A DNA stretch of 64,000 nucleotides from an uncultured Flavobacteriaceae bacterium (lineage in GTDB: Bacteria > Bacteroidota > Bacteroidia > Flavobacteriales > Flavobacteriaceae). How positions within the stretch are numbered: position 1 is the first letter of the stretch; each line of letters opens with the position of its first letter. A program made the translations under genes and the position numbers. Below are positions 46,774-56,736 of the stretch, piece by piece. The DNA is taken from the NCBI GenBank assembly GCA_947503105.1, contig CANNCM010000002.1, positions 79,546 through 143,545 on the forward strand. The letters run 5' to 3'. Under the pieces are notes generated by a model that saw only the letters and a list, made by a program, of their open reading frames with translations, searched no databases and was not told where the DNA came from.

Positions 46774-47724
46774 TTATTTCAAAATAGAAATAATTTGCGA
46801 TGCTAGTTCTGAACCAATACGTTCTTGCGCTTGTGTTGTAGCTGCTCCAATGTGTGGCGTTAGCGACACTTTTGCATTCATCAATACTTGAACTGCAGGA
46901 GTTGGTTCGTTTTCAAAGGTATCTACACCGGCAAAGGCGAGTTTTCCAGCGTTCAGTGCATCAATCATAGCCACTTCATCGACGACACCGCCACGAGCCG
47001 CATTGATTAATCCTGCACCATCTTTCATAAGCTCAAGCTCTGCTTTTCCTATAACAAAATCTTTTTGTGCAGGAACATGAAGCGTTAAAAAGTCGGCTTG
47101 CTTCAGTACATTTTCTTTGCTGTCAATTATGATTTCAAAAGTAACGGACTGTCCATCAAAAAAGGGAACGGTTACAGAAGCTTTTTCCATAAAAGGATCA
47201 AAAGCTACAACTTTCATTCCGAGACCTAAACCAATTTTTGCAGTAGCTTGTCCAATTCGTCCAAACCCAATTACGCCAAGTGTTTTTCCTCGAAGTTCTG
47301 TGCCTTTGGCATACGCTTTTTTCAAAACTTTAAATTTTGATTCGCCTTCTAAAGGCATAGTTCTGTTAGAATCATACAAGAATCGAACACCAGAAAATAA
47401 ATGTGCAAAAACCAATTCGGCCACAGATTCAGAAGATGCTGCTGGGGTATTGATGACATGAAGTCCTTTTTCTCGTGCATAATCTACGTCTATATTGTCC
47501 ATACCAACGCCACCACGTCCAATGATTTTCAAGCTTGGACAAGCGTCAATCAGATGTTTACGAACTTTAGTGGCACTACGGACCAAAAGCACGCTGATAC
47601 TTTCAGAGTTGATGTAGTTTTCTAATTGTTCTTGTGCAACAGTTGTTGTGCTTACTTCAAATCCAGCGGCTTCTAATTCTTGAACACCGTTTGCGGAAAT
47701 TCCATCATTTGCTAATATTTTCAT
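46774..47724 (-). CDS. serA: D-3-phosphoglycerate dehydrogenase / D-2-hydroxyacid dehydrogenase
   Basis: NAD motif GVIGFGRIGQATA. 316 aa. Lies 5 nt downstream of serC. Confidence 0.8.
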   Translation of the reverse strand: MKILANDGISANGVQELEAAGFEVSTTTVAQEQLENYINSESISVLLVRSATKVRKHLIDACPSLKIIGRGGVGMDNIDVDYAREKGLHVINTPAASSESVAELVFAHLFSGVRFLYDSNRTMPLEGESKFKVLKKAYAKGTELRGKTLGVIGFGRIGQATAKIGLGLGMKVVAFDPFMEKASVTVPFFDGQSVTFEIIIDSKENVLKQADFLTLHVPAQKDFVIGKAELELMKDGAGLINAARGGVVDEVAMIDALNAGKLAFAGVDTFENEPTPAVQVLMNAKVSLTPHIGAATTQAQERIGSELASQIISILK

Positions 47725-47729
47725 TTTTT

Positions 47730-48791
47730 TTATGCTTTTCGTTCTAATTCACTCATTATTTCAACCAATACCTGAACGCTTTCTAGCGGTAGTGCATTGT
47801 ACATAGAGGCTCTATATCCGCCCACACTTCGGTGACCATTCAAACCATTGATTCCTGCTTCTTGCCACATGGTATCAAAACTTTCTTTCAAATCTTCGTT
47901 GGCCAATGTAAATGTGGCATTCATAGTCGAACGATCTGTTTTTGCAGCAAATCCATTAAACAATGGATTCAGATCGATCTCTGAATAGATAAGCTGAGCT
48001 TTCTTTTCATTTTCTTTTTCAATGGCAGCAATACCGCCTTTATTTTTCAACCATTCCAAGTTTAGCATTGAAGCATACACAGGAAATACAGGGGGTGTAT
48101 TAAACATACTTCCTTTACCAATATGTACTTTGTAATCCATCATCGAAGGAATTTTTCGGGAAACTTTTCCTAAAATATCTTCTCGGACGACGACTAAAGT
48201 TGTGCCTGCAGGACCCATATTTTTTTGGGCTCCAGCATAGATTAATCCAAATTTTGAAAAATCTAAAGTCCGCGAGAAAATATCACTACTCATATCACAA
48301 ACCAATGGAATATCGCAGTCTGGAAAAGTTTTCATTTGTGTTCCAAAAATGGTATTGTTGGAAGTACAATGAAAATAATCATGATCTGAGGGAATATCGT
48401 ACCCTTTTGGGATGTAGTTATAGTTGGCGTCTTTGGACGATGCAACTTCTGTGACATCATCAAAAATACGAGCTTCTTTTATAGCTTTGTCACTCCAAGT
48501 TCCTGTGTTGAGATAGGCGGCACGTTTTTCTAATAAATTGAGTGCAACGGCCAAAAACTGAGTGCTAGCACCTCCTTGAAGAAATAATGCTTTGTATCCC
48601 ATGCCTTCCAGGCCTAAGAGTTCTAGAGCGAGTGCTCGAGCATTTTCCATAATATCTACAAATGCTTTGCTTCGGTGAGAAATTTCGATGAGCGAAAGGC
48701 CATTGTCGTAATCTAAAACGGCTTCTGCAGATTTTTTCATTACCTCTTGAGGTAGAATACATGGTCCTGCGCTAAAATTATGTCTTTTCAT
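47730..48791 (-). CDS. serC: phosphoserine aminotransferase
   Basis: 353 aa. NFSAGPCILPQEV and GAQKNMGPAGTT (PLP lysine region) are typical of SerC. Confidence 0.9.
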   Translation of the reverse strand: MKRHNFSAGPCILPQEVMKKSAEAVLDYDNGLSLIEISHRSKAFVDIMENARALALELLGLEGMGYKALFLQGGASTQFLAVALNLLEKRAAYLNTGTWSDKAIKEARIFDDVTEVASSKDANYNYIPKGYDIPSDHDYFHCTSNNTIFGTQMKTFPDCDIPLVCDMSSDIFSRTLDFSKFGLIYAGAQKNMGPAGTTLVVVREDILGKVSRKIPSMMDYKVHIGKGSMFNTPPVFPVYASMLNLEWLKNKGGIAAIEKENEKKAQLIYSEIDLNPLFNGFAAKTDRSTMNATFTLANEDLKESFDTMWQEAGINGLNGHRSVGGYRASMYNALPLESVQVLVEIMSELERKA

Positions 48792-48882
48792 TTCGGTGAT
48801 GTTTTTAGACTTTTAAAAAAATTAAGCTACAAAGGTCTGAATTAATTATTGATATGAGATCAAAAATTGTGATAATATTATG

Positions 48883-49944
48883 TTATATTTTCAACAAGAA
48901 ATCAACAGTATCTTTTTGGTCGGCATAGTCGTTTAATTTGGGGAGTTGTGTTGTTCCAAAATCGACTTCATTTGCTAAAAAATCATGTGACACTATACAT
49001 TGAATTTGCGCGCTATCCTTTTGAATTTTTGTTTTTAAGCTTTCAATGTCGTCATAAAACTCATAAAACAACGTGGCAATTGGTGATGCATAATGTGTAT
49101 CTTCTTTGAGCATCAAAAAACCATTTTCTAGCATATCAAATTCGCTCATCAGATATACCGCTTTGTTGTAGTCATAATTATTGGCATATTTGGCGCTATT
49201 CATAATAGGATGCCAATCGTACATTGCATTAAAAAAGGCATCAAAATTATACTCTTTTGGGATAAAAAGTTTTGAAACACTGCGACAACCCAATCCATAA
49301 TATCGAAATATATCCTCCGCCAATCCTTCTAAGTTTGCAGCGGTTTCTTTTCCAGTAAGTACGGCTATGGAGTTTCTATTTTTTCGAATAATTGATGGTT
49401 TGTCCTTAAAATAATATTCAAAATAACGCGCTGTGTTATCGCTTCCTGTGGCGATCACGGCATCAAATGTCTTGAGTTGTTGCTGCGAGAATTCAATACT
49501 GCCTTTTAGGCGAGGATTGATGTGCATTATATAGGCTGACAAAAAAGGCAATAAATGTTTGTCGTTAGATGATTGCTTGATGCAAATATTATGCCCGCAA
49601 ACTAGCGCCGATAAGAAATCATGAAAGCCAACAAGAGGAATATTCCCAGCCATGATGATGGCAATTTTCTTAGGGTTTTTTGTGGGAGTAGAATAGGAGG
49701 CAAGCCATTGTTCTAGTGCTTCTTCTTGGAGTAAGCCGCTCCATTGCTTCAAGGCAAAACACACATTTTCTTTTGTGAACCACCCATTATGCTCTTGCGC
49801 CAATTTAAGTTGATGTTTAAACCCTTCAAAAAATAAATCGTTATGTAAAACAGTTTTGTTTATTTTGGGAATTTCTGATGTGAATTGTTCCAGAAATCGT
49901 CCTAGCTCAACAAGCGTCTTTATTATATTTTTTTTATGATTCAT
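48883..49944 (-). CDS. LuxC-like acyl-CoA reductase family protein
   Basis: 353 aa with an ALDH-like Rossmann segment IIMAGNIPLVGFHD and a Cys-containing GLGCRS. From memory, the conserved flavobacterial neighbourhood is fdx / this gene / serC. Confidence 0.55.
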   Translation of the reverse strand: MNHKKNIIKTLVELGRFLEQFTSEIPKINKTVLHNDLFFEGFKHQLKLAQEHNGWFTKENVCFALKQWSGLLQEEALEQWLASYSTPTKNPKKIAIIMAGNIPLVGFHDFLSALVCGHNICIKQSSNDKHLLPFLSAYIMHINPRLKGSIEFSQQQLKTFDAVIATGSDNTARYFEYYFKDKPSIIRKNRNSIAVLTGKETAANLEGLAEDIFRYYGLGCRSVSKLFIPKEYNFDAFFNAMYDWHPIMNSAKYANNYDYNKAVYLMSEFDMLENGFLMLKEDTHYASPIATLFYEFYDDIESLKTKIQKDSAQIQCIVSHDFLANEVDFGTTQLPKLNDYADQKDTVDFLLKI

Positions 49945-49970
49945 AATTTGTGAAACCGTAATTTTGGATT

Positions 49971-49978
49971 TAATTTTG
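49971..49978 (+). promoter_or_regulatory. -7 box (TAATTTTG) for the ferredoxin gene; a second copy lies at 49959..49966
   Basis: Exact TAnnTTTG matches 37 and 49 nt upstream of the ATG at 50015. Confidence 0.4.
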
Positions 49979-50014
49979 CGACAAATTTAGTTAATAAAAT
50001 AGCGAAAAACGATT

Positions 50015-50368
50015 ATGGCGATTATTATCACTGATGAATGTATAAATTGTGGCGCTTGCGAGCCCGAATGTCCAAATACTGCAATTTATGAAGGTGCAGA
50101 CGATTGGCGCTATGCGGACGGAACGAGTTTAGAGGGACAAATTGTTTTGCCTAATGGCAAAGAAGTGGACGCCGATGAGGCTCAAATTCCTGTTAGTGAT
50201 GAATATTATTTTATTGTTCCTGATAAATGTACTGAGTGCAAGGGTTTTCATGAAGAGCCACAATGTGCGGCCGTATGTCCTGTAGATTGCTGTGTCCCCG
50301 ACGAAAACAATGTCGAAACAGAAGAGGTGCTTTTGGGCAAGCAGCGTTTTATGCATCCAGAAGATTAA
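50015..50368 (+). CDS. 4Fe-4S dicluster ferredoxin
   Basis: [12 protein letters not shown] and [18 protein letters not shown] cysteine clusters. Confidence 0.9.
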   Translation: MAIIITDECINCGACEPECPNTAIYEGADDWRYADGTSLEGQIVLPNGKEVDADEAQIPVSDEYYFIVPDKCTECKGFHEEPQCAAVCPVDCCVPDENNVETEEVLLGKQRFMHPED

Positions 50369-50392
50369 AAAAAATAAATATAAAATTTGATA

Positions 50393-50421
50393 AAAAAAGC
50401 CACGCATTTGCGTGGCTTTTT
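50393..50421. terminator. bidirectional hairpin between the ferredoxin and TonB-dependent receptor genes
   Basis: aaaaAGCCACGCatttGCGTGGCTtttt. Confidence 0.75.
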
Positions 50422-50439
50422 CATGAAAGCATGTTTAAC

Positions 50440-53244
50440 TTAAAACTTGTAATTCAAAGATAAATTAAATAAAGTACCTAATTGGCTAAAGTGATATCCA
50501 TCATAGGTCATTCTAGAATAGCGTTGGTTAAAAGTAATTGCATTGGTTTGTTTGAGTACATCTGCCGCATTGTTTAGAAGTGTTTTTCCAGCATCGTTTT
50601 CTGCTTTAAATTTCCACTCTGGTAGAACATTCAAAAGGTTATTGACATTCAGTGCAATAGTCAATTTTTTATTGGCGTTAAAGTTGATGCCTAAGTCTGT
50701 TACAATTTTTGGCGTAAATTCAGTCCTAAGATTGTTGTCCAAGTCTTGTTGCTTGAAAGTCGTTTTTCCAAAATAGGTATTATTTACTGAAACTCCCCAT
50801 CGTCCAATATCATAATTAGCACCTAAAATCCATTTGGTTTTTGGTCTTGAAGTAAAGAACAATGCTTCTTGTGTTGAATTTACAACAGATTGATTGGCGG
50901 TTGCAACTAGAGGAATATCCTTGACCGCACCATCTCGCTTGTTATCAATCGTGTAATTTCCAGATAAATTAAGATCCAAATCTCCTTCGCCAATGCTAAT
51001 GTTTTTGTAAGTTAAAACAACATCTAAACCAGAAGTTCTGGTATTTATAGCATTAGAGAAAAAGCTGATATTGACAAGATTATTATCCCTTAAGACATCA
51101 TCTAGAGGCGTTGTTCCAATATTGTTTCCATTGCTGTCAAATTTTGTGCCTTTAATTTCTGATCCTAGGACGATTCTGTCTTTTACTGCAATAGTGTAAT
51201 AATCCAAAGTAAATGACAGATTATTGGTGAGACGTCCACCCAATCCAGCGGTAAAGTTTGTCGATTTTTCAGCATCTAGTCTTGGAATTCCTAAAAGTTT
51301 CGCTTGTGTAGAAACATTGTTGATTAGTCCACCAACTTGAATTGTTCCTCCTCGAAAGCTATATTGAGCTTTTTGAGTATAAATTTGATGTAATGTTGGC
51401 GCTCTAAATCCTGAAGATATGGATGCTCTTGCTGTTAGTTTATCAGAAAGTTTTAAGCGTGAACTTAGTTTATAGACAAACGTGTTTCCAAAATCTGAAT
51501 AATTTTCAGACCGGACGGTTCCGCTCAATAAAAATGCATCACTAGCGTCATAATCAAGAGAGAAATAGCCACCAAAATTGTATCGGTTAAACTTTCCAGA
51601 GTTCTCTGGACTATTTCCAGCAAATGAATCAGATCCTCCACCGTCATAGGAGGCTAGTTCTCCTTCAATCACTTCAAAAACTTCATTTCTAAACTCTGCA
51701 CCAAAACCAATACTAATCTTGTCGGACAACAATCTGTTGATATCAATATTTCCAACATTGTGAGAAAAACGTGTTCCTCCTGGATCAAAGGATTGTTTAC
51801 TATTTGCACGATACAACTCGGAACCTTGAGTCATTTCTCCAGCGTCAATGGTGTTGTTGTTGTTAGCATCTATCCAAGTCGATGGAGAACGAACGTCTCG
51901 GTAATTATGGGTGTTGTTTACTTTATAAGTTTGTGTATTTCCACCTGTGGTATAACTCACATCGATGTTCCAATCGTTAATTTTTGTTTTCATACCCACG
52001 GTACCATTGTAATCTGAAAGTGTACCTTCAAAAGTTGGCAGGTAGCCATCATAACCTCCTTTGTTATTTGGGTTATTTCCGGGAAAAAAATCTGATAAAT
52101 AAGGGTGGTCTGATAGGGTTCTCCAGTAAGGCGTTCTGTAGTTCGCAAAACTATTCACCTTTTTATAGACAAAAGCAGTATTTAAATAGAGTTGTGTTTG
52201 TTCACTCAGATCAAATCCGCTATTGATTAAAAATTTTGAAGCCGCTGTTTCTGGTGATCCATTGATATTGCCTGCATCTGGACGGCGTTTTAAAAACTCT
52301 CTGACTGTTGCAATGTCTGCTCCAAAACTTGAGGCTTCTCCTTCAGCACTCACTTTTCCTGGACGGTTGGCCAAATTGACCTTAGACAAGTCAATCGTAT
52401 AGTTTACAAACCCTTTGTCATCGCCAACAACACTTCCATTGTTAATGCTAATTCCAAACATTTCTCCATCGCCTTCAGAAGTTATTCCTGTACGAAGTGT
52501 TCCCGAACCTGAGTAGGCCGAATTCTTTAATATGATATTCATAACTCCAGCAATAGCATCCGAACCATATTGTGCAGAAGCACCATCTCTAAGGATTTCA
52601 ACACGTTTGATGGCATCTGTTGGAATAGCAGAAATATCGGCGCCTGTTTCTCCATATCCAGGAGAGGTTTGGGTGTACAATAATGCACTCAAATTTTTTC
52701 GTTTTCCATTGACGAGGATCAATGTTCTACTTGGCCCCATATTTCTAATCTCATAGGGGTCCAACAATGAAGTAGCATCATTTACTGGGGTTTGTACTGT
52801 GTTAAAGGAGGGAATTCTATATTGTAGTGCTTTGTCAAAGGTAACTTGTCCAGTTGTGGTTAGCTCGGTGGCCCCAACAACATCAACAGGTAAAGGAGTG
52901 TCCACATTACTTCGTGGTGCGGTTCGCGACCCAACAAGAACAACCTCACTTAATGAGTTGCCTTCTTTAAGGGTGATATTTATTTTGGTCTGATTTCCTA
53001 CTGTGGCTTCGAAGGTTTGATAGCCAACGTAGCTGAATACGAGAGTAGCATCAGAATTTACGTCAATTTCATAGGCACCATCAAAGTCAGAAAGAGTTCC
53101 ATTGGAAGTTCCTTTTTCCACAATATTAGCACCCGAAATGGGAACACCATCACCGTCTGTGACGATACCTGAAACGGTATTTTGGGCATATAAAAAGTTT
53201 AAGCTGAAACATACGCATAGCGCATAGGGTATTAGTTTTTTCAT
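50440..53244 (-). CDS. TonB-dependent receptor with N-terminal carboxypeptidase-regulatory-like domain
   Basis: Signal peptide, then VSGIVTDGDGVPISGANIVEKGTSNGTLSDFDGAYEI, a plug region (RVEILRDGASAQYGSDAIAGVMNIIL), and a C-terminal NLSLNYKF. No SusD-like partner is adjacent. Confidence 0.9.
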   Translation of the reverse strand: MKKLIPYALCVCFSLNFLYAQNTVSGIVTDGDGVPISGANIVEKGTSNGTLSDFDGAYEIDVNSDATLVFSYVGYQTFEATVGNQTKINITLKEGNSLSEVVLVGSRTAPRSNVDTPLPVDVVGATELTTTGQVTFDKALQYRIPSFNTVQTPVNDATSLLDPYEIRNMGPSRTLILVNGKRKNLSALLYTQTSPGYGETGADISAIPTDAIKRVEILRDGASAQYGSDAIAGVMNIILKNSAYSGSGTLRTGITSEGDGEMFGISINNGSVVGDDKGFVNYTIDLSKVNLANRPGKVSAEGEASSFGADIATVREFLKRRPDAGNINGSPETAASKFLINSGFDLSEQTQLYLNTAFVYKKVNSFANYRTPYWRTLSDHPYLSDFFPGNNPNNKGGYDGYLPTFEGTLSDYNGTVGMKTKINDWNIDVSYTTGGNTQTYKVNNTHNYRDVRSPSTWIDANNNNTIDAGEMTQGSELYRANSKQSFDPGGTRFSHNVGNIDINRLLSDKISIGFGAEFRNEVFEVIEGELASYDGGGSDSFAGNSPENSGKFNRYNFGGYFSLDYDASDAFLLSGTVRSENYSDFGNTFVYKLSSRLKLSDKLTARASISSGFRAPTLHQIYTQKAQYSFRGGTIQVGGLINNVSTQAKLLGIPRLDAEKSTNFTAGLGGRLTNNLSFTLDYYTIAVKDRIVLGSEIKGTKFDSNGNNIGTTPLDDVLRDNNLVNISFFSNAINTRTSGLDVVLTYKNISIGEGDLDLNLSGNYTIDNKRDGAVKDIPLVATANQSVVNSTQEALFFTSRPKTKWILGANYDIGRWGVSVNNTYFGKTTFKQQDLDNNLRTEFTPKIVTDLGINFNANKKLTIALNVNNLLNVLPEWKFKAENDAGKTLLNNAADVLKQTNAITFNQRYSRMTYDGYHFSQLGTLFNLSLNYKF

Positions 53245-53262
53245 AGTTGTAGATTTGGGTCA

Positions 53263-53280
53263 ATACTTTTGTAAAAGTAT
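53263..53280. promoter_or_regulatory. palindrome ATACTTTT-GT-AAAAGTAT upstream of the TonB-dependent receptor gene
   Basis: Perfect 8-bp arms, 19 to 36 nt upstream of the ATG at 53244. Confidence 0.3.
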
Positions 53281-53381
53281 AAAAATTTTAAGAATAATTC
53301 ATTTAAACAGTATTTTTTTTGAATATAATTGAATTAAAATGCCAATAAATTAATGATTTTCAATTGTTTAGGTGGTTTAAT

Positions 53382-53819
53382 TTATCTTTTTGTTTTTATT
53401 TCGGCTATAAAATTATTGAGAAGAATTTCCTTTGATATATTTCCTTCTTTATAATGGATCGTAACCTCTCCTTTTTTATCTTTACAAGCAGGGTAAACAG
53501 TACTATATTTTTCTTTTAGTGGTAGTTCGAGGGTGTAATTTCCTTTTTGAAGGTTACTTTCAATGTAACGTGCTGATTTTTCTTTTTTTAATAAATATTG
53601 ATTAATCTTATAACATTGCCGTTCATAAAACACATGAATGCTATCAATACTGATTATTTCATTGGTGTCTACTGAAAACTCTAAAACGTAATTTGTATAT
53701 ATTTTTTCTGTATGGCGTCCAGGATAAACTTTTTGTTTGATTTTTGAGGTAAATTTTAAAGATGAACTGCAAGCCATAAGCAATAGCATTGAGAAAAATG
53801 TTAGCGTACTAAATTTCAT
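53382..53819 (-). CDS. hypothetical lipoprotein (145 aa)
   Basis: Lipobox LLLMAC after a hydrophobic N-terminus. Lies 12 nt downstream of the T9SS cargo gene. Confidence 0.55.
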   Translation of the reverse strand: MKFSTLTFFSMLLLMACSSSLKFTSKIKQKVYPGRHTEKIYTNYVLEFSVDTNEIISIDSIHVFYERQCYKINQYLLKKEKSARYIESNLQKGNYTLELPLKEKYSTVYPACKDKKGEVTIHYKEGNISKEILLNNFIAEIKTKR

Positions 53820-53831
53820 GAATTTTACGCC

Positions 53832-56345
53832 CTATTTTACAAGTAATTTTTTACTGATACTCATGTTGTTGTTTGTGATTTTTACAATATACATGCCTTG
53901 AGAAAAGCTACTTAAATCAACCGAGATTTGATGCGCAGAAGTTTTAAAATTCTTTACTACACTACCAATCAAATTATAAATCATAATGTTGCTTTCACCT
54001 GTTAAATCGTTCATTTTTATGTTAAAATTTTTATTTTTAGTAGGGTTAGGGTATAAATAAACAGAATTTTCTGGCAACATATTTTCTTCGATACCCATAG
54101 CCGATGCCTTTATAGATGCTTCCCAAATTCCTCTTCCGTAGGTAGCTACTCTTATTTTTTCTGTGCCATAATGTATTTCTATATCATGAACAATAACATT
54201 CGGCAAACCATTATCGAGCTTTGTCCAATTTCCAACAGAATTTTTCCAGTAATATACGCCCAAATTTGTCGCCAAAAACAACTCTCCATCTGTTGATCCT
54301 GTTTTGTAATCAATATCATAAGTTGGCACATTTGGTAAATTTCCTGAAATATTTGTCCAATTTGTACCACTGTTGCTAGATTTATATACGTGTCCTGATA
54401 AATACCTCGAATAACAAATATAGATTTCATCGGGGTTGGTGGGATGTATCGCAATCCCTTTAATGGGTTGATTATTTTGCGGATGGGTAATTACTTGCCA
54501 TGAACTTCCACCGTTTGTAGTTTTTCTCAAACCATTTCTCCCTGCGACATACATAATGTCCCCATCTGAAGGTGCGGAAGAAATACAGCTTATACTACCT
54601 GCTCCAGAATTTAGTTTTGTCCAGCTATCACCTCTGTCGGATGATTTGTAAATATCAGTCATACCTCCATAATAAATAGTCTTTGGTTTCGTGGGATGAA
54701 TGTCCAACTTCCATACAAAAGGAGCAGGCTCAGGAGTTCTTAAATATGTAGATGAAGAAAATCCATCTATTGTTCTAGAAACAATTCCTTTTTGACTACA
54801 TGTCCATGCAATATTATAATTTGAATAGTCCCATAGGCCTTCCACACCATCACTACCGGCATTTGCACCAGTAAACGTCGGACTATCAAAAACAGCAATA
54901 TCATTATCTTGCGCTCCTGCAATTAATTTTCCTGCATCTTGTGGAGTTCCCGAAACATTATAATATTGTGTAATAGCCAATCCCGAAGACAAATCTGTCC
55001 ATGCTGTATCCAGTGATGCATCTCCTTTAAAAATACCGCCATCATTTAATGAAAAAGCGGTATTAGTATTAGGTATAAATTTCATATCGTGATGATCTGA
55101 ATGTACATAAAAATAAGAATTACCACTTATCCAATACCCATCTAAGTACATCTCCCAAGTTGTACCTCCATTTTTAGAACGCCATCCATTAACACCTCCA
55201 ACTAATACTAAATCTTTATCAACGGGAGAGATAGAAATAGTCATATTATAGCTCCCTTGAGACTCGTAATTCTTTATTGTAGAAAGGGTTGTCCAATTTG
55301 CGCCTTCATCCGTTGATTTATTTATTTTTCCATCACTATCAAGCGCTAATATGAGATTTGGATCATCAGTAGTTTGAGCAATATCCAGTCTTGTTTTTTG
55401 AGCGGGAGTTGATACTAAACTCCATGACCCTCCGTTATCAGTAGATTTATAGAATTTTCCTCGATATGAAGTCGCATATATAACCGTACTATTTCCTGTT
55501 TTGTATTGAATATCGTTAAACCAAGCATCCATCTCTGTGAAAACATCGGTCCAGTTTGCTCCTCCGTCTGTAGATCTCTTGATGCTATTTTTTGTAGTTG
55601 CAAAAATGGTATTGCTATTATTGGGATCTATGAGTAAATTGCCAATTAAATTAAACTCTAATAAGCCAAAAGTCAGTCCTGTCATATGCCATGTGTCTCC
55701 TGCATCAGTAGATTTTAATACACCAATAGAAATATTTTGATTTCCATCGTAATCTCCTGTAGCAACATACAGTGTATTGGGAGCTGTAGGGTCTATTACA
55801 ATATCTGATACACCCATATTGGGAAAGTTGTCTCCTTTGGGAGCCCAAGAACTGCCGCCATTTGTGGATTTCCATACACCACCAGAAGGAGAACCAACAT
55901 ATAATGTATTAGTATCAGAATCATCAAAAGCAATGGTGTTTAACCTTCCCATCCCTGGGTAGTATGTAATTCCAGATGTAGGAGGTGCTGTTGGCCCAAC
56001 TAAAGTCCAAGGCGTAGATCCACCTGTTCCGTTGCGTTTTTGCAATTGACGTCTATTGTCTTCTACCCACTCGTTATAGTTGTGATAGGCAGATACAAAA
56101 GAACCATCTGGCTTTATTCTATTATGCCAAAAAGATGCCCAGCGTTCAAATTGCTTGATTTTCTTTTTGCTTGTTCGATCTTTTTTCCCTCTTAATGGGA
56201 GTAGTCTTGCTTTGTTGTTTTCAACAATTTCAAAGTAATTCGAATTGCTTTGAAAAATAGATTTTCTCCAGTTTTGTTTTTGCGCATTTAATTTAATGGA
56301 AAACAAGATAAACCCTACAATTAAAAATGATAATAGTTTTTTCAT
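53832..56345 (-). CDS. secreted BNR/Asp-box (sortilin-like) multi-propeller protein with T9SS C-terminal sorting domain
   Basis: Signal peptide MKKLLSFLIVGFILFSIKLNAQ. Many Asp-boxes (STNGGSSW, STDAGDTW, STDGGANW, STDNGGSW, STDEGANW, SKNGGTTW, SSDRGDSW, TTNGGSSW, SSNSGTNW). C-terminal LYPNPTKNKNFNI...GMYIVKI...KLLVK. Confidence 0.85.
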   Translation of the reverse strand: MKKLLSFLIVGFILFSIKLNAQKQNWRKSIFQSNSNYFEIVENNKARLLPLRGKKDRTSKKKIKQFERWASFWHNRIKPDGSFVSAYHNYNEWVEDNRRQLQKRNGTGGSTPWTLVGPTAPPTSGITYYPGMGRLNTIAFDDSDTNTLYVGSPSGGVWKSTNGGSSWAPKGDNFPNMGVSDIVIDPTAPNTLYVATGDYDGNQNISIGVLKSTDAGDTWHMTGLTFGLLEFNLIGNLLIDPNNSNTIFATTKNSIKRSTDGGANWTDVFTEMDAWFNDIQYKTGNSTVIYATSYRGKFYKSTDNGGSWSLVSTPAQKTRLDIAQTTDDPNLILALDSDGKINKSTDEGANWTTLSTIKNYESQGSYNMTISISPVDKDLVLVGGVNGWRSKNGGTTWEMYLDGYWISGNSYFYVHSDHHDMKFIPNTNTAFSLNDGGIFKGDASLDTAWTDLSSGLAITQYYNVSGTPQDAGKLIAGAQDNDIAVFDSPTFTGANAGSDGVEGLWDYSNYNIAWTCSQKGIVSRTIDGFSSSTYLRTPEPAPFVWKLDIHPTKPKTIYYGGMTDIYKSSDRGDSWTKLNSGAGSISCISSAPSDGDIMYVAGRNGLRKTTNGGSSWQVITHPQNNQPIKGIAIHPTNPDEIYICYSRYLSGHVYKSSNSGTNWTNISGNLPNVPTYDIDYKTGSTDGELFLATNLGVYYWKNSVGNWTKLDNGLPNVIVHDIEIHYGTEKIRVATYGRGIWEASIKASAMGIEENMLPENSVYLYPNPTKNKNFNIKMNDLTGESNIMIYNLIGSVVKNFKTSAHQISVDLSSFSQGMYIVKITNNNMSISKKLLVK

Positions 56346-56728
56346 ATGTTTATTTTTTTTGCTTTTCAATTATTGTATGTAAACTTTGATGTTTAGATTA
56401 ATAAACTCTATGTGTGTTGAATGATAGTTTAAACATTTCTGTTTCATCTTATCACGTATATTTATACTCCCTGCTAGTGCAAGCATCACTCTTGTACTTC
56501 AAGTAAAAATTAAATTTTTTTGTTACATTTTAAATTTTTACACCTACACTTTTCTTTATTCTAACAGCACGACAGGGGCGCTCGCAAAAAGTGGCTATAT
56601 TATTTTTTCAAAAGCCAACTTTACTCATTCCCCTCATGATCTTAGACACACACTTTCTAAAAAAGTCACATTTTTTTTAGTTTTTTTTGCGCTTTATTTT
56701 TTTTAATGAAAATCCACTTTCATTTATG

Positions 56729-56736
56729 TACTTTTG
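56729..56736 (+). promoter_or_regulatory. -7 box (TACTTTTG) for ychF
   Basis: Exact TAnnTTTG match, 21 nt upstream of the ATG at 56757. It lies inside the longer track ORF, which supports the shorter start. Confidence 0.5.

Noticed and set aside
56400-56700. Housekeeping ncRNA (RNase P RNA, tmRNA, SRP RNA or 6S) in the long ychF-upstream gap
   Set aside because: There is no GAGGAAAGUCC-type RNase P motif, no tRNA-like GGGG...CCACCA ends or tag ORF for tmRNA, and no SRP domain IV motif on either strand. It is retained only as a low-interest unexplained region.
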